Of a DNA stretch of 32,116 nucleotides, positions 17,067-24,369 are shown piece by piece (the first letter of the stretch is position 1; each line of letters begins with the position of its first letter). The stretch is from IMG/VR virus record IMGVR_UViG_3300012346_000150, positions 1-32,116 of that record; one strand, 5' to 3'. The notes beneath the pieces were generated by a model. It was given only the letters and a program-made list of their open reading frames with translations. It did not search any database and was not told the DNA's origin. Both the position numbers and the translations under genes were made by a program. This DNA is from a virus (lineage: Duplodnaviria; Caudoviricetes).

Positions 17067-17321
17067 TTATTTATTTAATGTATTATAGATTTTTTTAGAT
17101 TCTTTCTTGTTTAAAATACTAAATTTACCGTAATTAATATTTCTTCCGAACTTGTTTTTATGTTTTTGATTTTCACAAATAACATTAACTCCTAATTGTC
17201 TTAGCTGGCTAATTTTAGAACTTGGGTTTAATACTCCTACTCTAATTATATCTAAAGTAGTTTTTTCTCCGCTTAGAAGTAAATTTAATACTTCCATCTT
17301 TTGATTTTTTGGATTTCTCAT
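17067..17321 (-). CDS. Helix-turn-helix protein
   Basis: NQKMEVLNLLLSG..TTLD...NPSSKISQLRQLGVNV. Confidence 0.7.
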   Translation of the reverse strand: MRNPKNQKMEVLNLLLSGEKTTLDIIRVGVLNPSSKISQLRQLGVNVICENQKHKNKFGRNINYGKFSILNKKESKKIYNTLNK

Positions 17322-17707
17322 TTGGTTTTAATTTTAAATATATTGTGTAATATGGTTGTATGGTCACGCTTTAAATACCTGCCTATTTCTGAAGCAGTAT
17401 AACCGCTTTCGTATGCTTGTTTGCAAAACTCGTTCCTAACTTTGCAAACTTCAATTTTACGGCATCTTTCGTTTATTTCATCGTAGGTGGTTTCTGTTTG
17501 TTTGAAATACAATTCCGCCCATTTTTTTAAAGATTGTTTAGGTACTTGTCTTCTTATTAATTTTTCAACAACTACCTTTTCTTTAATATAAACTACTTGC
17601 TTTGCTTTTTCATATGCTTTTTCTATAATAGGTCTTATTCTTTTTAAAGCGTGTTCCTCACACCCTGTGTAAAGTTTTATGTACTTTAATACTTCTTCTA
17701 CTTCCAT
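17318..17707 (-). CDS. Protein with DnaA C-terminal (domain IV)-like DNA-binding domain
   Basis: R....CKVR...YTASEIGRYLKRDHTTILH matches the DnaA RDHTTV.H signature. Confidence 0.8.
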   Translation of the reverse strand: MEVEEVLKYIKLYTGCEEHALKRIRPIIEKAYEKAKQVVYIKEKVVVEKLIRRQVPKQSLKKWAELYFKQTETTYDEINERCRKIEVCKVRNEFCKQAYESGYTASEIGRYLKRDHTTILHNIFKIKTK

Positions 17708-18357
17708 TTGTCTTCTAATAATGAATACAGGTTATTTAAATACTTACCAGCGTCGTTTATCTTTTTTAATAGATAGTTCATATCGTCTAAGTCGGCTTCT
17801 ATTCTAAAGACAAACATTTTTAAATTATCTGGCATATCCTTGCAGTAACTTACAAAGTCGCAATATTCCTTTCCACTTACAAGCATATCGCTTTGACATT
17901 GCCAATAATACTCCCTGTACTTTTGTTTAAAGAAGTCCTTACCTGTAATCAATCCGTTGTGAATGTGATTAGTATAATTGTATGGACATTTTACCTGTAT
18001 AATTCCATCTTCGTTTACAAAACCATCTGGAGTACCACCATATAAACCCTTAATAGATTCTATAAACCCTGCTTCAGTTACTACATTGCCTGTTTTTTTT
18101 GAATAATAATCAAGTGCTTCTGCTTCAAGTTCTATTCCGTGTAATGTGGCATCGTTTTTAAACTCTCTTTGTACACCGCTTAACCTTTCAGCAAGTTTAC
18201 TCATAAGATAATCTTTTGTTGTGCTGGATAGTTCCCCTGCATCTTTCTTAGTCTTTTCTTTAGGTTCAACAACTAAGTTCCAGATTGTACTACTTGTAAG
18301 CAATCCCATTCTGCGCTGAAACCATTCTGCGCTATAACTTTCAATCATATTATCCAT
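17698..18357 (-). CDS. YqaJ / lambda-exonuclease family recombination nuclease
   Basis: EWFQRRMGLLTSS, HGIELE..A, GGTPDG, IQVKCP, YYWQCQ, CDFVSY. Confidence 0.92.
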   Translation of the reverse strand: MDNMIESYSAEWFQRRMGLLTSSTIWNLVVEPKEKTKKDAGELSSTTKDYLMSKLAERLSGVQREFKNDATLHGIELEAEALDYYSKKTGNVVTEAGFIESIKGLYGGTPDGFVNEDGIIQVKCPYNYTNHIHNGLITGKDFFKQKYREYYWQCQSDMLVSGKEYCDFVSYCKDMPDNLKMFVFRIEADLDDMNYLLKKINDAGKYLNNLYSLLEDKWK

Positions 18358-18898
18358 TTTGCAAAGTTTTAATGGTTAATAAATCGTTGTGTCTGAATTC
18401 AAAATGCTCTTTAGCTTTATCGAATACATCGGTTTCGCCATCATTATACCTTGCAACCAGCTTCAAAAAAGTAATGTCGTTCATTATACCCTTTTTTGTT
18501 TCTTTAGGCTTATCTTCTTTTCCGTGTTTATTTGTTGCATCAGAATCCTTTGTGTCATCAATAGCTAATAATCCGTTTAAAGCATACTTTCGTGCGTAAG
18601 AAGACGCTGAACCTGTCATTTGTGCAGAATCCATCCCTTTCTTATCGTCTTCCTCCCTTGCCCATCCTGTTGCTTGAAATTCGATTTTGCCATTAGTTAA
18701 TACTGCTAATGCTTTTACATAACGGCATCCACCTATTTCTACGATATTATCGTCTAAGATTAAAGCAAAGCCGTACTTGTGTGCGATAGGCTTAACCGCT
18801 TCGATAATGTCTTCAGCACTTCGGTACTTATATTTCCCGAAAGAGTTTGTTTGGTTTTTTGGTGCTTTTAATTCCTGCTGAATTTTTACTAATTCCAT
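18350..18898 (-). CDS. erf: ERF-family ssDNA annealing protein
   Basis: IQQELKAPK.Q.N.FGKYKYRSAEDI, KGMDSAQMTGSASSYARKYALNGL..IDD.KD.D. Confidence 0.93.
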   Translation of the reverse strand: MELVKIQQELKAPKNQTNSFGKYKYRSAEDIIEAVKPIAHKYGFALILDDNIVEIGGCRYVKALAVLTNGKIEFQATGWAREEDDKKGMDSAQMTGSASSYARKYALNGLLAIDDTKDSDATNKHGKEDKPKETKKGIMNDITFLKLVARYNDGETDVFDKAKEHFEFRHNDLLTIKTLQNG

Positions 18899-18916
18899 TT
18901 GATTTGTTTTATTGGT

Positions 18917-19252
18917 TTAAAATTGGTTTGTAAATTCTTCTACTGCGTATTTAATAATGTATTCTAATTCATAAACTGATATGTAGTTATACAGATAGTC
19001 TTTTAATAAAATAGAATGTGTGTCCATCTGGGTAATTCCTTCTTCGTCTTCAGCGTAAACATCATACAAGACATAATCTTCGTGTACTTCGCAAATATGG
19101 TGCTTTACCATAAAATCAAGCATCTGTTTTTTTGTAAATGAAATAGCGAATGTGTACTTATATTCTGTTTCTACGCAATGAAGTGAAATCATATCATTTG
19201 CTTCATCATAAAATAGAGTAGTGTAACCCTGTGTTAATTTATACTTTTGCAT
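18917..19252 (-). CDS. Hypothetical protein
   Basis: Coupled ORF in the early operon. Confidence 0.6.
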   Translation of the reverse strand: MQKYKLTQGYTTLFYDEANDMISLHCVETEYKYTFAISFTKKQMLDFMVKHHICEVHEDYVLYDVYAEDEEGITQMDTHSILLKDYLYNYISVYELEYIIKYAVEEFTNQF

Positions 19253-19466
19253 CTTCGGTTGGTTTATAGATTTGATTAGATAATTCTTCTAATTCTTTTA
19301 ACGCTTTAATAGCAGTTTCGTAGGCATCTTCTGGGTATTTTTTTATTACTTCTAAATAACCTTTAGCAGTACCTAATGCTTCTGCATATTTCATATTAGT
19401 TTGGTCTGCTTTTTCCCATAAAGACTTATATATATTATTCATATTTTTTATTTTTATAGTATTCAT
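19239..19466 (-). CDS. Hypothetical protein
   Basis: Helical small ORF; the true start may be the second Met. Confidence 0.55.
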   Translation of the reverse strand: MNTIKIKNMNNIYKSLWEKADQTNMKYAEALGTAKGYLEVIKKYPEDAYETAIKALKELEELSNQIYKPTEDAKV

Positions 19467-19623
19467 TATATCTAATTTCCTGTTTTTCGTCTTGAATAAT
19501 AGCTGGGTGTATGTTTTGTTTAATATAAGCTGAACTTACTTTTAATGCCCTGCTCCATTCCTCGAAAGTTAAATTTCCATAATTAGCAATCGTGGTGTGG
19601 GATAACTTTTCTTTTCTTCTCAT
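19435..19623 (-). CDS. Hypothetical protein
   Basis: Coupled small ORF. Confidence 0.55.
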   Translation of the reverse strand: MRRKEKLSHTTIANYGNLTFEEWSRALKVSSAYIKQNIHPAIIQDEKQEIRYNEYYKNKKYE

Positions 19624-19625
19624 AA

Positions 19626-19712
19626 TTAAATATTTTGTAAAAAAGCCGTTAGTAAAAATGCAGCTATAAGTATAACAACTGCTTCGAAATTGTGTTTTTG
19701 TTGCTTGTTCAT
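19626..19712 (-). CDS. 28-aa single-TM peptide (not in ORF track)
   Basis: MNKQQKHNFEAVVILIAAFLLTAFLQNI; exactly fills the gap between neighbours. Confidence 0.55.
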   Translation of the reverse strand: MNKQQKHNFEAVVILIAAFLLTAFLQNI

Positions 19713-19718
19713 ATTAGG

Positions 19719-20009
19719 TTATTTGTAATCAAAAAATGTTTCAGCCTCTTCGTATGATTCTAAAAAGAATTCTTCTCCGCTATCTGCATCCATAACTAAA
19801 TACTCTACATCTCTACCAAGCATTGAAGCAATTGTAATACCATTTTCTAAAGCGATATATACATATCCACTATTAGGGTTAAAACCGATACTCATAATGT
19901 CTTCGCTTCCTGTTTCTGCATAAGCATTAAAACATTTACTTAAACCAATAGCCTCTAAACAAGCTATTGAATCTGAATTGAATCCGTGAATTTTGATTTC
20001 GTTTTTCAT
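19719..20009 (-). CDS. Hypothetical early protein
   Basis: Probable start MKNEIKIHG at 20009 after an AAACCAACAACACCAAAT leader; contains GFNPNSGYVYIALENG. Confidence 0.7.
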   Translation of the reverse strand: MKNEIKIHGFNSDSIACLEAIGLSKCFNAYAETGSEDIMSIGFNPNSGYVYIALENGITIASMLGRDVEYLVMDADSGEEFFLESYEEAETFFDYK

Positions 20010-20026
20010 ATTTGGTGTTGTTGGTT

Positions 20027-20054
20027 TAAAAAATTGTGCGTTGAATAGTCGCAC
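20027..20054 (-). promoter_or_regulatory. Short hairpin GTGCG-N9-CGCAC followed by AATTTTTT
   Basis: Intergenic inverted repeat at 20036-20040 / 20050-20054. Confidence 0.35.
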
Positions 20055-20067
20055 CCCTATTTTTTGT

Positions 20068-20274
20068 TTATGAATTAATAATTTGGCTATCAGAGTATTC
20101 GTATATTTCAGGATTAATCGCCTGTGATACCAACCAAATCAATCTGTTTAATTCATCTTTTTTATTATCACATTTTGTTGTACTATGTAACTTGCAAAGC
20201 GCTTCGTCTATTAATTTTAAATCGTCAGTTGCAAATGATAAAGTTGCGTAGTTAAGTTTTGTTTGGTTTTTCAT
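20068..20274 (-). CDS. Hypothetical protein (first early gene)
   Basis: First ORF after the only long non-coding gap. Confidence 0.6.
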   Translation of the reverse strand: MKNQTKLNYATLSFATDDLKLIDEALCKLHSTTKCDNKKDELNRLIWLVSQAINPEIYEYSDSQIINS

Positions 20275-20295
20275 AATTGGTTGTTTTTATTAGAC

Positions 20296-20325
20296 TAAAG
20301 ATACATACCTATTTTATACTACAAA
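20296..20325 (-). promoter_or_regulatory. Candidate host-sigma early promoter (TTTG-N18-TATCTTTA)
   Basis: One mismatch to the Bacteroidota -33 TTTG / -7 TAnnTTTG consensus; lies in the AT-rich 20275-20467 gap. Confidence 0.45.
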
Positions 20326-20467
20326 ATATATTTTAAACTTTTTTTAATCTTTTTTACAAGTTTATCTCTAAACTATTGATTTTTAATAGATTAGAAGTGT
20401 AAAATATTTGTTAAAATCTGGTAAAATTCAAGCATTTCCTTTACTTTTTTCGGGAAATTGTCAAGTT

Positions 20468-20905
20468 TTAACTTAACTTTTTCTGGAAATAAAGCACATT
20501 TGAACCTGCATATTGGTATTCTGGGCCATATAATTTAAACCCACAGGAAATTAGGCTATTTGAACTTGGGTAATTATCAACTAAGGTATAAGTAATAGCC
20601 ACTTTACCATACTTAGCGGCACTTTTAAGCCTTATATTTATTAGTCTTTTTTGAATTCCTTTACCTCTGTATTTTCTATCCACCCACGCACGATTAAAAA
20701 TAACAAAGCCGTGAGTATAAATAGAACCGCAATAAGCAATTATTTTACCTCTGGTATTCTTAATAACCCACCAATCTCTATTTTCTTTAAACTCGTTACC
20801 GCAACCCTTAAAATTAGGGTTGTTTAATTCTATATGTTGTAGTTTTTCGTAGTCGGCTTTATTTAATACTTTGCCCCTGCTATAAACCTTCGTAATCTTT
20901 TGCAT
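20468..20905 (-). CDS. GNAT-family acetyltransferase
   Basis: Motif A RAWVDRKYRGKGIQKRLI and NYPSSNSLISCGF; likely start MQKITK at 20905. Confidence 0.85.
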   Translation of the reverse strand: MQKITKVYSRGKVLNKADYEKLQHIELNNPNFKGCGNEFKENRDWWVIKNTRGKIIAYCGSIYTHGFVIFNRAWVDRKYRGKGIQKRLINIRLKSAAKYGKVAITYTLVDNYPSSNSLISCGFKLYGPEYQYAGSNVLYFQKKLS

Positions 20906-21140
20906 CTTGTTCGGCTTGTAGGTGTAATAAATTATCTCTAATGTCAATATACTGACCCTTGACATATACCGAACTTGTATCCATAAATACAAGTATTTGA
21001 ATATCGTGCGTTAATTCTTGCAGGTATTTAATTTCCTCTAATAAAATCATTCTTCTTGCAAACTCGTGTTTTACTTCTAATCCTAACGCTTGCCAATTAA
21101 TACCTGTGTCTTGTATCATTACATCTATTTCCAGCCACAT
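20880..21140 (-). CDS. Hypothetical protein
   Basis: Coupled ORF. Confidence 0.6.
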   Translation of the reverse strand: MWLEIDVMIQDTGINWQALGLEVKHEFARRMILLEEIKYLQELTHDIQILVFMDTSSVYVKGQYIDIRDNLLHLQAEQDAKDYEGL

Positions 21141-21142
21141 AA

Positions 21143-22000
21143 CTAAGTAGGATAAATTCGTGTTTTAATATATCTTCCAACCTCTGTTTTTTGGTCTCTT
21201 TTTGCTTCTAATTCTACCCAATAACCTCCAATTTCAGAAGGACTAAATCCTTTTTCTACAGACCAGCCACCCTCTTTGTATTCCTGCTTCCAACAACCTG
21301 TTCTAATATGATAAACCTTATCCAGCATAACTTTCCAATCACCAGACTTGCTAATTCTTTCAGTAGTTGAGTGCATTGCGTATTGTGTATGGGTATGTGC
21401 CAACCAAATTAAATCCGCTCCGTGTACATAAGTACTCATTCTATTATGTTCAATAACACCCTTAGTAACTCTTGCGTTTCCACCTGCTCCGTGGTGCATC
21501 TTAATTATAAATGATTGATAATTTTCTTTATCTAATTTTAATCGCATTACTACCCAACTTTGATACCCTGTGTGTTCAACAGGACTTCCAGCTTCTTTTC
21601 TTAAAACATAACACAATCTATCTAAAGGGTTAGTTTCATTATTTTTTGTAATAGCCGTTTCGTGATTGCCGTCAGCCATTATTGCTATATTCTTTGCATA
21701 AGGCTTTAAAAACTCGTAAGCGTCTTGTATTACTAAATCAAAGTAATTATCTCCTAAATATTCTTTTCTAATATTGCTTTTACTTCCTCGTCTATCATTC
21801 CTTCCTTGCATAAGGTCGAAAAAATCTCCATTGAATAAAATAATAGCGTCATTTTCTAAGGCTTCGTCTAATGTTTCTTTTAATAACTTTCTTTCGCAAT
21901 ATGCGCTATCAAAATGCACGTCTGATAGTAATAAAAAAGTTTGATTTTTTGAACTGCATTTAATTTCAGTTACTGATTTTGCTGGTTTAGATACTACCAT
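21143..22000 (-). CDS. Calcineurin-like metallophosphoesterase
   Basis: SDVH, NGDFFD, GNHE, HHG and AHTH metal-binding motifs. Confidence 0.9.
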   Translation of the reverse strand: MVVSKPAKSVTEIKCSSKNQTFLLLSDVHFDSAYCERKLLKETLDEALENDAIILFNGDFFDLMQGRNDRRGSKSNIRKEYLGDNYFDLVIQDAYEFLKPYAKNIAIMADGNHETAITKNNETNPLDRLCYVLRKEAGSPVEHTGYQSWVVMRLKLDKENYQSFIIKMHHGAGGNARVTKGVIEHNRMSTYVHGADLIWLAHTHTQYAMHSTTERISKSGDWKVMLDKVYHIRTGCWKQEYKEGGWSVEKGFSPSEIGGYWVELEAKRDQKTEVGRYIKTRIYPT

Positions 22001-22638
22001 AATTTGCTTTTGATGATATAAATTGCGATTAAAGATATAATAAATAAAACAACTGCCAATTTAAATTTTTGTAAACTGCTAATTGTTTCCTTTTGTTTAT
22101 TAATAGTTTTTTGCATTTCCTGTATTTCGACTACTAATTTAATATTCTGTTTTGCTAACAATCCAATTTCAATATCCTTTAACTTGGTCTTAGCCGTATT
22201 TTCCAAATAAACCACCTTTTTAGACGATTTGAGGACACTTGGTGCTTTAACCGAAGGACAAGGTACAGAAACAAAGAAAGATGAATCTTTGACCTTAAAA
22301 GGTACAAGAATCGTGTCGCCTTTAATTTCAATAAATGTAGTGTCTATTGTTTCAATAATTATAGTGCTATCTTTTATAGGATATTTCTCTGCGCATACCT
22401 TAGCAAGTCTTTGCTCCGAAGCACAAGAAACAAAAAACATAACTATAACTAACTTCAATAAGTCCTTGAAATTATTAATTAATTTATCAGGTGCTAATAC
22501 TAAAAGAATACCTGCTACAATTCCATACATTGCGTCAGTCCAAGTGGTAGTCTTAACAAATACGCTTAAAATAGACATAATGATTAAGATTAATCCAATA
22601 CTTGTGGTTTTAAAGTCTTTCCAATTTTTTATATTCAT
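21994..22638 (-). CDS. Holin-like N-terminus fused to a lipoprotein with C-terminal TM (u-spanin-like)
   Basis: Two N-terminal TM helices (KDFKTTSIGLIL...; GIVAGILLVLAPD), an internal lipobox-like LVIVMFFVSC, a beta-rich then coiled segment, and a C-terminal TM; follows the endolysin. Confidence 0.6.
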   Translation of the reverse strand: MNIKNWKDFKTTSIGLILIIMSILSVFVKTTTWTDAMYGIVAGILLVLAPDKLINNFKDLLKLVIVMFFVSCASEQRLAKVCAEKYPIKDSTIIIETIDTTFIEIKGDTILVPFKVKDSSFFVSVPCPSVKAPSVLKSSKKVVYLENTAKTKLKDIEIGLLAKQNIKLVVEIQEMQKTINKQKETISSLQKFKLAVVLFIISLIAIYIIKSKLW

Positions 22639-23120
22639 ATCAAAACGTAATTGTTTTTATCTACCTTTTTTGCATCATACATCTTTTGCAGTTCTCTAAC
22701 AGAAAACCCTAAACTCTTTTGAAAGTGTGGTGTATCTTTAAATTGCCAATCACCACCCCACTCCCATCCATATTGCTTGAAAATATTTACTATTTCAATC
22801 CAATCTGCTCTCCCATCTCTATCAAAATCTTTCTTTACATCCCAGCTGGCAACATTTCCATCTATAATAGCAATATCAATAGCTAATCCGTAATTGTGGT
22901 AACTCTGTCCTCCCTTTGCCTTTGTTACTATTTTACCTGCCTTTGTTCTACCCTGTGCGTATAGTTCGTTCTGTTCTGCAAAGGTTCTTAAAGTATGCGT
23001 AAACCTACAAAAGGCTTTACCTGTTAAGGCTTCGCATATTTCATTATATATTTCCTTTACTTCTTCTCTAATCTTTGGGTGGAGTAGATTGATTCTCTGG
23101 ATTGTCTTTTCGTCTGTCAT
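22635..23120 (-). CDS. Endolysin, peptidase M15 (L-Ala-D-Glu peptidase type)
   Basis: RTFAEQNELYAQGRT, SYHNYGLAID, WGGDW, DTPH. Confidence 0.92.
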   Translation of the reverse strand: MTDEKTIQRINLLHPKIREEVKEIYNEICEALTGKAFCRFTHTLRTFAEQNELYAQGRTKAGKIVTKAKGGQSYHNYGLAIDIAIIDGNVASWDVKKDFDRDGRADWIEIVNIFKQYGWEWGGDWQFKDTPHFQKSLGFSVRELQKMYDAKKVDKNNYVLI

Positions 23121-23289
23121 AGCTGGTTTTTTCGTTTTTGATTTTATAAATCAAATACACAATAGAAAGGCAGGAAATTATCCAAGTAAATACGTGACTT
23201 ACAACCTCTATATTTTGTATGTTTAGTATGTTTAGTAGTATTGCGCCTAATGTACTCGGCACTCCTATTTCGTCTTTTTCGATTATCAT
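23068..23289 (-). CDS. Putative holin
   Basis: 73 aa with hydrophobic segments and a charged C-terminal tail; directly upstream of the endolysin. Confidence 0.55.
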   Translation of the reverse strand: MIIEKDEIGVPSTLGAILLNILNIQNIEVVSHVFTWIISCLSIVYLIYKIKNEKTSYDRRKDNPENQSTPPKD

Positions 23290-23290
23290 T

Positions 23291-23722
23291 TTATGCAGGT
23301 ATTGAACATTTATCTAATGGAAGTGGGTCTAAAATTTCTATATCAGCCGTAACACCAGCCGTGAAGTCGTCAAATCTTTCTTGAAAGAACTCCATACTGA
23401 TATTATCTGCTAAATTAAAAATGTAATCGTTCTGTAATTTAAGTTTAGCAATTACATCTAAAGCTACTTGATGCAGGTCTGATTGAACCTGTAAGCGGTT
23501 TGATTTGTCTTCAGTTAATAAGTCTGCAAATAACAAGACAAGCCTGTAAGACATAGACTTTGCATTATAAGTTGAAGGCTTTGTAACAACCCACATTACA
23601 GGGTATTTAATTTCGCCTCCATTATCTACATAATCATAAATATCACCCTCTCCGAATGTGTGTAGCATTGGATGGCTTTCCTGTATCTCTTTTAATTTTC
23701 CTATCAGATTGCTTAAAGTCAT
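23291..23722 (-). CDS. Putative tail terminator / completion protein
   Basis: 143-aa acidic ORF (YP.MWV, FFQERFDDFTAGV) following the connector gene. Confidence 0.55.
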   Translation of the reverse strand: MTLSNLIGKLKEIQESHPMLHTFGEGDIYDYVDNGGEIKYPVMWVVTKPSTYNAKSMSYRLVLLFADLLTEDKSNRLQVQSDLHQVALDVIAKLKLQNDYIFNLADNISMEFFQERFDDFTAGVTADIEILDPLPLDKCSIPA

Positions 23723-23775
23723 TTTTCTTTTTTAGAAAGTCTTTTAATTTTTTTTCATTCTTGCTATATGCCATA

Positions 23776-24369
23776 CTAATATGGTTTTTTGTAAATATTG
23801 CCTTGATATTTTTCAGATGCAGGTCTATTATCCTCCTTATCATATCTACCTAAGTAAATTGAAGACCTATATTGATTGCTAACAGGAACAATAGTAGTAA
23901 CATCACTTCCAGGATTTCCGTATTCTGGTATAAGTTGCACATTTGCAGTTAAAAAATTTATTGCTCTTTCTGCATACCATTCAGCGTAACTCTTATAGTA
24001 TTCACCAATGCTTTGTAATTCTTTAAATGAAGGTTGTTCTGTATTTTCACTTGTACGCTTCAATACTCCTTTGTTTACATACTTGAACTGCATTGCCATT
24101 GGTAATTCAGCCAATACATAATTGAAAAGAGTATCTGTTAAGTAATTATCCAATACATTCTTGTATATTGCGTTACCTGTATCAGTTATTGCTCCTGTGC
24201 TGATTAAATCTAAAATCTTATTATACAAAGCACTACCACAAAGCGTGTGAATGTACCTGTCCTGCGTCATTTTGATAATCTGCGTAAGGTTCTTTAAGTC
24301 TATATTGTTTGAAGCAACCGTATAATCTTTAAAAGATTGCTCACTAATCATTAAAATATTCTTGCTCAT
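23776..24369 (-). CDS. Putative head-tail connector / adaptor
   Basis: Directly after the portal; helical, with I...QD.YI...G..LY and PEY patterns. Confidence 0.6.
   Translation of the reverse strand: MSKNILMISEQSFKDYTVASNNIDLKNLTQIIKMTQDRYIHTLCGSALYNKILDLISTGAITDTGNAIYKNVLDNYLTDTLFNYVLAELPMAMQFKYVNKGVLKRTSENTEQPSFKELQSIGEYYKSYAEWYAERAINFLTANVQLIPEYGNPGSDVTTIVPVSNQYRSSIYLGRYDKEDNRPASEKYQGNIYKKPY

Noticed and set aside
20275-20467. tRNA or structured ncRNA in the long intergenic gap
   Set aside because: Very AT-rich, with only a weak ATTTCC/GGAAAT inverted repeat and no cloverleaf; better explained as a promoter region.
22229-22699. Plus-strand ORF as an embedded o-spanin
   Set aside because: It is antisense with no lipobox at its start; the minus-strand ORF already carries the lipobox and TM.
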